64,000 bases of DNA, taken from the human T2T-CHM13v2.0 reference genome, Homo sapiens. The notes under the pieces are model-generated. The model was not told where the DNA came from, did not search any database, and was given only the letters and a program-made list of their open reading frames with translations. The position numbers and the translations under genes were made by a program. Below, one piece after another: positions 25,395-37,655 of this stretch; the first letter of the stretch is position 1, and the number at the start of each line of letters is the position of its first letter. Where the stretch lies: NCBI RefSeq assembly GCF_009914755.1, contig NC_060934.1; one strand, 5' to 3'.

Positions 25395-25670
25395 TGTTGT
25401 AGTTTCCTACCACGAACTTGGTGGTTCACAACAGCACACGTTTGTTATTGTGGTAATGCTCCTAAAATCTAGGTGCTGGAATCTACCACATTCATCCTGG
25501 AGGCTACAGGGGAAAAAGCCCATTCCCAGGTGACCCAGGGTACTCCATCTCAAGAGCCTTCATTCTGTCACATTTGCAAAGTCCCTTTTGCCATGTAGGG
25601 CAACATATGCACAGGTTCCTGAGATTAGGATGTGGATATTTTTGTGGGGTATTATTTCACCTACCTCCCT
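25395..25670 (-). mobile_element. MLT1B/C-like LTR fragment
   Basis: cacatttgcaaagtcccttttgccatgtagggcaacatatgcacaggttcctgagattaggatgtggat. Confidence 0.65.
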
Positions 25671-25696
25671 GTAGTGTGCTATTTAGTTTTCAGTGA

Positions 25697-26031
<335 letters not shown>

Positions 26032-27681
26032 TTGTTATTGATTTTTAATGCAATTCTATTCTGGCCAGAGAGCAGAATAGGTATACACACACACACACAC
26101 ATGAATTCTTTTCAATGTTGGGGGACATGTTTTATAACACCAGGTATAGTCTGTCTTGGTTAATGTTTCACATGCAACTCAAAAAAAATATGTGTTCTGC
26201 TGTTATTGGGTGAGGTGTTCTATCATTGTGAATTAAGTCGACTTGCTTCATTGTGTTGTTTGAGTCTTCTACTGATATATCTTTATGAATTTTCTGTCTA
26301 TTTTTTCTTTCCATCATTGAGTTGTTGAAATCTCTGGCTGCAACTGTTGATCTGTTTATTTCTCCTTTCAGATCTGTTAATTTTTGCTTTATGTACTTTG
26401 AGCTCTATCATTGGCTTCATAAACATTTAGGACTGATACAGCTTCTTAATGAATCAACCCCTTTATCAGTATAAAATGAGCCTCTTCATCCCTGCTAACT
26501 TGCTTGTTGACTTTGATATTATATATCCACCGTGCCTTTCTTTTGCTTGGACTTAGAATGATATATCTTTTCCCATCATTTTACATTAAAACTATTTGTG
26601 TCTTTATATTTAAAAAGGGTTCCTAGGGAGCACACAATTCAGCCTTGCTTTTTAAAGTCTGTCCTGATGATCTGCCTTTTAATTGTTGTGTTGTGCTCAT
26701 TTATATTGATGAGGTTACTGACGTAGTTAGTTTTAAGTCTATTATCTTGCTATTTGTTTCCATTTGTTCCATTTGTTTTTTGTTCCTATTTCTTCTTTTT
26801 CTGTCTTATTTTGAATTAATTGTATATTTTTTATGATTCTATTTTATCTCTTTTATTGGCTTCTTAGCTATAACTCCTTGTTTTGTTGTTTTAGGGGTTG
26901 CTGTAGAATGTGTAGTTTATATCTTTAATTTGTCATTCTACTTCCATGTGATATTATCTGACTTTATGTATCTTGTGGGAACCTCGTAATAGTGTACTTC
27001 TATGTCTCCCCTCTCACCCTTTGATCTATCCTTTCCACACATTTTACTCCTACATATATTATAAATACACTATGCATTATTATTTTTGGTTTTAACAATC
27101 AAGTATAAAGAGATTTAAATAATAAGAGTAATTGTCTTTTATTTACTCATAAATTATCACTTCCAGTATTCTTTATTCCTTTGTGTAGATCCATGTTTCC
27201 AATTGTTCTCATTTCCTTTTGCTTGAAAGACTTCATTTAGTGTTTCTTGTGGTACAATTTTATTGGTAATAATAGTTATAGCTTTTGTATTCCTGAAAAA
27301 CTATTTTGTCTTCATTTTTGTGAAGTATGTTTGTTGAGTAAAGAATTTTAGATTGACAGCTGGCACTGTTTCCAATGAGACATCTGCTGTTATCCTTATT
27401 TTCCTCCCCAGGTAATGTGACCCCTTTTTTTCTGGCTGCTTTTAAGATTTTTTAAATTACTGGCACTGAACAATTTCATTATAATGCTCTTTTGTGTAGT
27501 TTTGTTCATGTTTAATGTGCTTGAGGTTTGTTGAGCTTTTTTGACCTATGTATTTATGTTTTCATCAAATTTAGAAAATTTTGGCCATGTTATCCCCAAC
27601 CTCTCCTCTCCCTTAGGAACTCTTTTTACATGTATATTTGGCCATTTGAAGTCTACAGGATTTCAAGCCAGGATTCCACTA

Positions 27682-27794
27682 CAGGATTTCAAATCAGACT
27701 GTCTTTTAAATTGGTTCTGATTCATTAAATCACACTTTAGAGAGTATTTATTTAACTGATAACTCTTATGGTATTGAAGTTTATGAAGTAACAA
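27682..27794 (+). repeat. 113-bp direct copy of 30751-30863
   Basis: Ungapped alignment with 8 mismatches (~93%). Confidence 0.95.
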
Positions 27795-28343
27795 TATTAA
27801 TTTTTACTAAACGGAGTAACTAACACTCCGGGTGTCTTGAGCCCTTTTCCCAGTGTTTAATTTTACATGGTTTTTATTGCTGTATCTTCAAGTTCACTAC
27901 TTTTCTTCTGCAATGTTGGATCTACTATTAACTCCACCCATTATATTTATTTTTATCTCATAACTTATAGTTTTCATTTCTAGAATTTTAATTCGGGTCT
28001 TTTAAATGTCTTTCACAGCTCTTCTTAACATGTGTAGTCTTTGCTCTATCTTCTGGAACACATGGGGCAGTTACAATAACTGTTTTATCCCCTTTTCTAC
28101 TAATCTTATCATTTGTGTCAATCCTGGGCCAGTTTTGACTGATTGCCTTTTCTCCTCATCATGAATATTATTTTCTTGCTTCTTTGTATGCCTGGTAATG
28201 TTTGATTGGATGCCACTCATTGTTAATTTTACCTTGTTGTATGCTGGCTATTTTTCTATTCCTATACATATTCTTGAGCTTTGTTCTGCACCACGGTTAA
28301 GTTCCTTGGAAATAGTTTGATCCTTTCAGGTTTTGCTTTTATG

Positions 28344-28494
28344 CTTCTAATGAGTCCTCACATAATATGGTTTCACTTAAAATATAAGATAGGATATAAA
28401 TGTTTAACACTCACCTAACTGGAAATCTGCCTCCCTTATTTGTAATTTGCTCTTTCTTAATAATTTTTTAATACACTTTTGTCCAAACTTGCCC
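28344..28494 (-). repeat. 151-bp inverted copy of 30516-30667
   Basis: Matches the reverse complement of the donor with ~20 differences (~87%), e.g. cacctaactggaaatctgcctcc versus ggaggcagatttccagttaggtg. Confidence 0.93.
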
Positions 28495-28805
28495 TTTGGT
28501 GGGTGAAGTTTGGACAAAAAACTTAGATGGACACAGAAATTTTTAATCATCTGTTAACTTTCCTCACTACTGAGGTAAAACTCTTCTGAGTACTCTACCC
28601 TATGCCTTGTAACTTATGATTTTTCCACTCTGGCTGGTGGGAATAGGCAGTATCCCTGGCCCTGTGTAAGTTTTAGTGATTGCTCCCTCTAATTTTTTCA
28701 GATTGTTCTTTTCCTGGTCTTGGGTAGTTTTTTTTTTCACATGATGCACTAATCAGTGCTCTGCTGACTATTCAAGAGAAACCTTCTGCAGATCTTTGGA
28801 GTTCT

Positions 28806-29147
28806 CCCTGTGTGCAGCTCTCTCCTCTAGGTACTCCGCCCTGTGTGCAGCTCTCTCCTCTCATATACTCGGCCCTGTGTGCAGCTCCCTCCTCTGTGTC
28901 CTCTGCCCTGTATGCGGCTCCCTCCTCTGTGTCCTCTGCCCTGTATGCGGCTCCCTCCTCTGTGTACTCTGCCCTGTGTGCAGCTCTCTCCTCTCATATA
29001 CTCTGCCCTGTGTGCAGCTGTCTCCTCTGTGTACTCAGCCCTGTGTGTGTCTCCCTCCTCTTGTGTACTTCACCCTGTGTGCAGCTCCCTCCTCTGCATA
29101 CTCTGCCCTGTGTGCAGCTCCCTCCTCTGTGTACTCCTGGCCCTGTG
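28806..29147. repeat. 33-bp minisatellite, array 1 (~10 units)
   Basis: Unit ccctgtgtgcagctccctcctctgtgtactctg; 11-aa periodicity (SALCAAPSSVY) in the ORF track. Confidence 0.95.
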
Positions 29148-29301
29148 TAAGTGTTAGTGATTGCTCCCTCTAATATTTTCAGGTAGTTCTTTTCTCGGTC
29201 TTGGGTAGTTGTTTTTTTTTTTTTTTTTTTTTTAACATGATGCACTAATCAGTGCTCTGCTGAATATTCAAGAGAAACTTTCTGCAGATCTTTGGAGTTC
29301 T

Positions 29302-29869
29302 CCCTGTGTGCAGCTCCCTCCTCTGTGTCCTCTGCCCTGTGTGCGGCTCCCTCCTCTGTGTACTCTGCCCTGTGTGTAGCTCTCTCCTCTGTGTACTCCG
29401 CCCTGTGTGCAGCTCTCCTCTCATGTACTCTGCTCTGTGTGCAGCTCCCTCCTCTGTGTACACCACACTGTGTGTGGCTCCCTCCTCTGTGTACACCACC
29501 CTGTGTGTGTCTCCCTCCTCTTGTGTACTCCGCCCTGTGTGCGGCTCCCTCCTCTGTGTACTCCACCGTGTGCAGCTCTCCTCTCATGTAGTCTGCTCTG
29601 CGTGCAGCTCTCTCCTCTCGTGTACTCCGCTCTGTGTGCAGCTCTCTTCTCTGTGTACTCCGCCCTGTGTGCAGCTCCCTCCTCTGTGTACTCTGCTGTA
29701 TGTGCAGCTCTCTCCTCTCATATATTCGGCCCTATGTGCAGCTCCTGCTTCTTTGTACTCTGCCCTGTGTGCAGCTCCCTCCTCTGTGTACTCTGCCCTG
29801 TGCGCAGCTCCCTCCTCTGTGTACTCTGCCCTGTGCGCAGCTCCCTCCTCTAGTGTAATCCACCCTGTG
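29302..29869. repeat. 33-bp minisatellite, array 2 (~17 units)
   Basis: Same unit, preceded by a second copy of the ~150-bp L1 lead-in (29136-29301 versus 28655-28805). Confidence 0.95.
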
Positions 29870-31381
29870 AACTCTGGCCTCTGACATTTGTGGAGTTCCT
29901 GCTCAATCTCCTTAACTCAAGGAGACTGCCAGTCTCTGCTTACAGGATATTTCAATGAATACTTACTTTTTATGGCAGATACTAGAAAACCACTTGTTAT
30001 GTCTTTTCTCTACAGCTTTCCATCTAGAAGTATAATCAACTGACCTTATTACAGTGCCTTGTTTCATGTCTGGTCACCTGTAAGTGTCAGAAAGTGCCTC
30101 CTCACCTGTAAATTTTACTGATTAGCTGAGTACCACCACTCTGACATATATGCAAGCCTTGTGACCAACCTTCCTCTGTATTTCTAAGGGCCTGATTTCA
30201 GTTCCTTTTCCATCTAGGTTGTTCTTCACTGAAACACAACTATTGTTTCTTTTCCCTTCCAAGTGAGGTGCTCGTATTTAAGTATGACACTACAGGCAAG
30301 TTCCAATGATAGGGTGTGTCTCTTACCTCCTGCTTCCTAGATGTTAGGATTCTATCAAGGTAGTGCAAGATTACTTTGGACTTTCTGATGTTTTCTGTTT
30401 TTTTGCTGTCTGGAGCTAGCTTACAGTTTACTGGAATCTCCAAATCGTATTTACATATGTGATTGTTAAGCTATAATAAGCATGATATTTCTTTGCTTGA
30501 ATACTGGCTTCTGAGGGGCAAGTTTGGGCAAAATTGTATTAAAAATGTATTGAGAAAGAACAAAAGTACAAAAGAAGGAGGCAGATTTCCAGTTAGGTGG
30601 GTGTTAGACATTTATGTTCTATCTTATATTCTAAGTGAAACCGTATTATAGGAGGACTCGTTAGAAGAGGGTTCATGTTCAAAATACAGCTGAACATTTG
30701 GTTACCTGAAGATTTTGATATTTTATCAAAGTACGAAATTTTGCAGATTTCAGGATTTCAAGACACACTGTCTTTTAAATTGATTCTGATTCATTAAACC
30801 ACACTTTAGAGAGCACTTATTTAACTGATAACACTTATGGTATTGAAGTTTATGAAGTAACAAATGGCATGTGCTGTTGACTTAGTACTGAAATAAAGAT
30901 GAGCTATTGATATTTGATTAAGATAACAGCTGTTCTATAAGTGCTATACCCTAATGCAAAGAACACTGTTATTATACAGTAGGATAAAACAGTTACTGCA
31001 AAACACCACAATTTAGAAAATAAAGGTTACCTGAGAGCATGAAATTATTTCAAGTTAATTTTGCACTCTGTTCTTGAAGCTGATTAGTATAAAATGTAAT
31101 GAAATGTAATTTTTGCAAAACAGCTTAAGCCAGGAAAGAAGCACAGAAACCTGCAATTAGCACTGATTGATGCCGAGCCTTTTCTGTATCAAAGAAGATT
31201 GGAATGCACAGCGTTGGTTCACAAGGTGACTCCCAGCAAGGCTGGTCAGCCTGGCCTCTGGGAAGTGGACCAACACTGGTTTGTTTTTCATTTTGTAATT
31301 GCCTTTTGGGAGCCATGGGGACATTGACAGTCACTGTCAATTTTCCTAGGGCAGGAATTTGTGGCACGTTGCAGCAGATTC

Positions 31382-31412
<31 letters not shown>

Positions 31413-31425
31413 TGTGTGCGTGTGT
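31382..31425. repeat. (CT)n(GT)n microsatellite
   Basis: Direct reading. Confidence 0.95.
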
Positions 31426-33444
31426 ACGCATGGTGGGAAGGGCAGGAGTTGTTTCTCATTCAATTCTCTTGGAATGAGCCCAGGCCTAACCCCCTACTCA
31501 GCTCCTGTATCCCTCCCCCTAAATTTTGGGCTAGCGGTGGTTCAGTTATGCTGGTGAACCTTGGCAAGCCACACTTCCTGTGGACACCAAGAAAATGGTG
31601 CTCCTTTCCAAAGTCCTAGAAAAGAACCACATCTACATGTCCAGACACAGTGTGTGCCTGACAAGGAGCATCTGACCCAGCCACCCAGCAACTCGAGTTG
31701 CCTCAGGAAAATTGCTGTGTACATGTAAATTAAGAGGACTGTCCCTAAAGAATTGGGCGTCCGGCCCAAGCCTGTAGTGGCTTGACATGATCACGGCTGA
31801 GCATAACACTGTGGAGAGGTTTTCTTCCACTAATTCGGGGAAACCAGCGCTGGACCAGTGGTGGGACCTTGCCTTTGATGCCGTGCTGGGCAGGATCTGG
31901 GCTGAGCCACTGGGCCACTTGGCATGTCATGGGGCTGCATCACAGACCACAGCAGGAGCCAGACCTCAGGCCGACTGAGCCGACTTCCTGGGTCTCTCCC
32001 TCTGCTCCATAGGAGACTAAGTGAGCCTGGGACTGGGGTTTCATGATAGGGAGGTCCCAAGCTGAAGGAAGAAAAAGCATTCTCACAAAAGCAGCTTAGA
32101 TATACAGTGTTACTAAGTTGATTACTAACAGGTGTGTGAGCACATTTTGTACTATGAGCTGGTGGAGGTGCCACAACAGTTACACACCCATGAGATTAAT
32201 ATGGGTTACACACTGGTGTCCTGATGATGCCAAGGCAGTTGTGAAGAGAAATCCAGCTTACTCCAGACCTTCATTTTCTCTTTCCTGATTTTCACAGGTG
32301 TCCACATTGGTTAGAGTGAATTTTTATATCCTCTTAAGTCAGTGAATGAGAAGACAGTGGAAGAAAATCAGATTAGCAACCAATAAGGAGGACAGACATA
32401 GCTGATGTGCAACAAACATACGTGTGTGGGAGAAATAGATGTAAAATACCTCCCTCTTTTTCTTAAAGTCGTGCAGGTACAGCCAGTGGTCAGCAGGCAC
32501 CATTTTCTCTATTTAGGCTCCCCAGGTGCTCTTCTTGGCAGTGGGTCTTATTCTGGACAGCATTTCCTCATTCTGGAGTGTGGGAGAGGTCCATGCTCTG
32601 GAGAACTTTGACCCCAAACCAGTAACCAGATTCTGTCCCTGAGGAACCACTTGCCCTGTGACCAGGAGCCAGCCACGTCATACCTTGCATGACTTCATTT
32701 TCTGAAAACGGAGGGGACAAGGTGGTTGCTGGTGTCTCAGATTTTTGTGTGGGTTAGAATGGGAAGTCATTTGCTTTCATCTTGGGAATCTGCTCTGTTG
32801 AACCCAACAAAGGTAGTCTCATGTCTTCGCCGTAGTAGAACATTTCCTGGTGTCAGAAAGAAAAGTGGAGTTCTTTGGGTTGCAAGTGGCAGGCACCCCC
32901 ATCTCAGTGGCAAACAGGAAATTCATTTGCACACAGAGTTGAAAAGCACTGGAGATTCAGGGCCTTAGCTAGACTGTCATTGTGTGGTCTCTTCTGTGTG
33001 TGCCACCTAAGCTCTCGGGTGGGTTTCCGTGGGCTGGTCCCAGCAACTCCAGTGCTTTCCCTGTTTTCCCTGAAAATGACAGCAGAAAGAAAGGGTCTTT
33101 CCCTGATGACTCCAAGATTGGGGTCCCAGGATTCTCACTGGGTGATCTTGGGTCACATGTCCCGTCCTGAACTGATCTTCATGGCTGCAGCATGGGGTAT
33201 GAGGATTTGCCAGGCCCAAGTCTTGCATTTACTTGAAATCTTGAAATGCAAGAGAGGTGGGGTCAGTCCCAGCCAAAACACACAAGCTTGGAGTTAGGGT
33301 GGGGCTGGCTTCCAGAGAATATCATGGTATCGTTTTTGAATAATGCCATAGTCAATGCTAAGTATAAAGTTAGCAAAGTGTATCATAGTGCTCAACAAAT
33401 ATTTGTTAAATCACTGAATGAATAAATGGTTTATAGGTAGATAG

Positions 33445-34118
33445 TATATTTGTCAGGGCTCTTCAAAGACATAAAATCAACAAGATGTGTGTGTGTGTCT
33501 GTCTGTGTATACATGGGTATATATATACATATATGTGACTGTATATATGTGTATACATGTATGTAGACATATATGTATATGTATACACATACACATAGAC
33601 ATACATAAGTCTATGCATGTATATATACACATGTATATGTATATGTGTGTCTAGATACACACATATATATGTATATATACACTAACGTATATATGTGTGC
33701 ATGTATAAATGTGTATGTGTGTGTATATACATACATATATACAGAGAGAGAGAGAGAGAATTGGCCCATATGATTGTGGACACTGATGAGTCCCACCATC
33801 TGTGGTTGGCAGGCAAGCTGGAGACCCAGGAGAGTGGATGGTGCAAGTTTCAGTCTGAAGGCAGGAAAATCCTTGACATCCCAGCCAAGCATAGGGCAGG
33901 AGGAGCTCCCTCTTACTTTGCCCTTTTGTCCTGTTCAGGTCTTCAGTTGACTGGATAAGGCCCACCAGTAGTGGGGAAGACAATCGGCTATACTCAGTCT
34001 ACCAATTCAAATGTTTGTCATGCAGAAATACTCTCCCAGACACGCCCAAGAAGATGTTTAACCAAATGTGTGGGCAGCCATGTCCCAGTCAAGTTGATAC
34101 ATGAAATCAACCATCACA
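33445..34118 (-). mobile_element. ERVL LTR, MLT2-family, with expanded internal microsatellite
   Basis: gaattggcccatatgattgtgg, caagctggagacccaggag, cccagtcaagttgatacatgaaatcaaccatcaca terminus. Confidence 0.85.
33486..33758. repeat. Compound (TG/TA/CA)n + (GA)n microsatellite
   Basis: About 270 bp, mostly alternating purine-pyrimidine. Confidence 0.95.
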
Positions 34119-36084
34119 GACACAGTGTTTTTCTGTTAGGTGAGTTGACCAAACCTCTCTTCGACTCTCAATCGACTTTATTTCCTTGGGAAATATTTTA
34201 ATTTCAGGAGAGTCCTTTTTTTTTTTTTTTCCATCTGATCAATGTTAACAGCCAAGAATTGAGAAATTCGGAATAATAAAGTACCATAGTCCTACTTTGG
34301 GATGTGACTGTAAGAATTTTAAGAACCATGAGACATAAATATCTCTTCTTGCCAAAAGGACATCCATCCGATGGGTTTGTTTCTTCCCCAATGCCCAAGT
34401 CAATTGCATTTTTAATGTTGTATTCTATACCTGTCACGAGTTAAATAAAGCCAATAAGCTCAGATTAGCTTCTAATGACATTTATGCCATTTCTAAAGAT
34501 GAAAATAGTTTGTTATCTATGCATTTTTTAAACTAAAGAAAACGAGGTGTGACCTGAATTCATGCCTTGGAATGGAGCATGTTTCCATCCCCGCAGAAAG
34601 AGGGTATGTCTGACGGGCCCACATTCTTCGGGCCTTTCCACATCAATGCTAACAGCTTCTGGAGACTCTGGCACATTCTGTGCTTCCTTGTCCCCTGCCA
34701 CTTGCTCTGATGGGCCCCCAAAGCAGGTGGGTGACAAGCAGAGTCCAGGCACTATTCATAGCCAAATACTGTGCCGTGCACCTGAGGTTCCCAGTCACTC
34801 ACAAAGCTCTGGGCAGGTCTGGAGCCTGGTGGGCAGTGGGGGTGCCTGAACTGTCTGCTCCAGGTGCAAGGGCTTGAACAAGCTGGTGGGGGTAGGGGGT
34901 GGTTGCAGATACACTGGTAACAGCACCCGCAAAACATCACCGGACTGTGTGTTCAGCCTGCCAAAGAAGCCAAGGTTCTTTTGAAGCCACAGCTCAGCCT
35001 GACCTGCAGGGGCAAACATGGATGCTATGCCACGGCTCTCCCCTCCTGTGCCCCACAAGGCGGGAGTCCTCGTGGCAGCCCGTCTGCCCAAAGCTGCCCT
35101 TGTCCTGACCTTTCCTGAGATCTGTGCCTGTCCCCAGCCCCCAGCAGAGTCTATACCTCGTTCTGACCTTCTGTACCTTCTATACCGCTCTGACGTGGTG
35201 CATTCTGCCCTGTTTTTCTCAGTTGTAGCCTTTCCCTTCATCTCTGGCCTGCCCAGCTTAACCACCCGCTTCTTAACCTGCCTGTTTCTTCTTTTTCCCA
35301 GATCTCTGGTGGTCTCAGGCCAAGGCTAAACACCCCCAAGCATCCCTGGGTACTCTTTCTTATTCAGAAGGGCTGGTGGGGAGATGCGGGGGTGAGAGTT
35401 GCTTTTGAAGATTCTATAATGGGGGGGGGCTGAAATTGTAGGAGGGCCCTAAAAGCACATCAGCCAGAATGTTTGTCCATGCCACTTCTCCAGCAGGCAC
35501 AGGCGATTGCTTCCTGGGAGACTCCCAGCGTTGTTTACTTGCCTACAAGCCTGTGTCTCAGTGGTCAGCTGAGCATTTCCATGTAGACATCCTGTTTCTA
35601 GTGGTCACCAAAGCTGAGGTCACCTTCTGCCTACATGGCCCCTATTTCAGCTGTTCCTCTTCCTGTTCGGGGGGCCTCATTCTCCTGGGACCCTGGCGGA
35701 GGCTCAGCCTCCCGGATCTCAGGCCTCCCTATTCCCCACTGAGGTTGCGGCCCCCATCAGTTGGTTCTAACATTTTTTTCTGTCTTCTTTTCCACACCCT
35801 CATACTCTCCACCCCATTGTAGGCTGACACCTCCTTGTGTAGCTCTAGCAGTTGTTTTCATCAGGATAGAACACAGGGCACCTGTGAACTAGGATGGGGA
35901 AAAATCACATCTTTACGCTCATTAGCCTCTAACTGAAATTTAACATTTTCTTCCCTGTGAATGCAGATCTCAAAGCTCAGTGCTATGAGCAGTGACCTGG
36001 GATGGGACTTTGTCCCCAGAGCAGGCTGGCTTCTGGGGGGCGCTGTTGTACCTTTGATCTTACTGAACATTTGAAGCCTTGAAC

Positions 36085-36398
36085 GTCATTAAAATCCATG
36101 GGAACAATGCAGACCTCTTCCGTATCACTTTAGAGTTGTTGCAGATATCTAGAAATCCATTCATGTTCACCAGTGCTTGGAAGTCCTGTGGTTATTGGAC
36201 CTGCTGCCTGAGAGCTTGTTTAGCATATTCATAAAGGAGCTCATATGTTTCCATATCACAAATTTGTTTTCCAAAACATTTGAAAACCATAGTTCATTAT
36301 AATGGATTTCTATTGCAATCACGTGTGTGTTTTTCTGCCTTAAAAACTCATTCTTCTGAGAGAGGGGCCTCAGGACGTGGTAAGACCCTTGTCCCTGC
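36085..36398. mobile_element. hAT-Charlie-like DNA transposon remnant
   Basis: atatcacaaatttgttttccaaaacatttgaaaac...cttctgagagagggg...ggtaagaccct resembles a Charlie-type end (recall only). Confidence 0.4.
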
Positions 36399-37206
36399 TG
36401 GGAATAGCTTCTCTGTCTTCTTCTTCAGCCACTTTGATTCAGCCTCATACGATTGCTCTTTAATCTTCCCAAAGCACAATGAGGTGATGTCACCTGCTCT
36501 CCCGGAGACCACGGTCTGCAGGATTCAAGCAAGGATCCGCAGCCCAGCATCCCTGGCGCTGCCTCCCTGCCATCCCGTCAGCCTCGGCCTTGCACATGTC
36601 CTGTGCTTTTATCCACACTGTGCCACTTAGGGCTTCCTATGCGCCCTGCATTTTCCCACCCTCCTGCATTCACACGACTCCTTCTTCTGAACACTCTCCT
36701 CTTTACTTGAGGACAACTTCAAGTAATGTCTCTTCTGCAAGGCCCTTGGAGAAGTCAGTGTGGTCTCCCCTCCTCTCATGATGATGGCTGCCCAGGGTTG
36801 TGCAATTCAGATGAACACCTGCCCTGGGCCGAGTCTCATGGAAGGCAGGCAACAGGTGGGGCGGGTGGCATTCTGGGTTAATCCTGGTGCCCACACCAAT
36901 GCCTTCTGGAATGAGGGCCATCTTCAGGGATGCGAAACTCACTGCCACGAAGCCATTCCTGCCTGGAAGAACCAGAAGCTCCAGTGAGCTTTTGAATAGG
37001 AAGCATTCAGAGGCATCGCCACCACACATCTGAAAGGGACCAACAGGGATGCAGTCGGGGCTTGGGGGCTGCAGAAGGCAGAGCTCTGTGCCCTGACGCG
37101 CAGTTGATTGAACTGCCCTAGAGCAGGTGATGATGTTGCTGCCCTCATAGCATGGGGACAGCTGTGGCTTTGGCCCACTCGGTTGGAAACTGCGAGCCTT
37201 GCTGCC

Positions 37207-37655
37207 TGTACTGGGCTGGACAGCAGCATGCCCCAAAGTTCATGTCTGCCAGAACCTTAGAATGTGCCTCACTTAGAAACAGGGTCTTGGCAGATGTACT
37301 TAGTTAAACTGAAGTCCTCCCGGATTAGGGTGGAGTGGACCTAAAATCCACTGACTGGTGTTCCCGTAGGAAGGCTGTGTGAAGACACCGAAACCCTAGG
37401 AAGAAGGTCATGTGAGGATGGAGACAGAGGCTGGAGTGACGTTGCTGCAGGACACATGGATGGCCTGAAGTCCCTGGAAGCTGGGGGAGGGCCTGGAACA
37501 CATTCTCCCCCTACCCCGGCCTCCAGAAGGAACCAGCCCTGCTGACACCTTGATCTTGAAAGTCTGGTCTCCAAAACATTGAGGGAATAAATTTCCGTTG
37601 CTTTAAACCATCCAGTTTGTGATAATTTGCTACGGCAGCCGCAGGAACCAACGCG
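37207..37655 (+). mobile_element. MLT1B/C-like MaLR LTR
   Basis: gaaacagggtcttggcagatg; cctccagaaggaaccagccctgctgacaccttgat; aataaatttccgttgctttaa. Confidence 0.8.

Noticed and set aside
28806-29869. CRISPR-like periodic array
   Set aside because: Units are head-to-tail with no unique spacers, there are no cas genes, and the context is primate DNA.
28796-29884. Cys-rich ORFs up to 192 aa resembling keratin-associated or metallothionein-like proteins
   Set aside because: They are translations of a 33-bp minisatellite, open in several frames on both strands and embedded in an L1, with no gene structure.
33486-33758. Long quasi-palindromic TA/TG/CA tract
   Set aside because: MLT2 LTRs commonly expand a microsatellite at this position.
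36030-36045. CTCF-like CTTCTGGGGGGCGCTG
   Set aside because: Three mismatches in the 5' core, so too weak without data.
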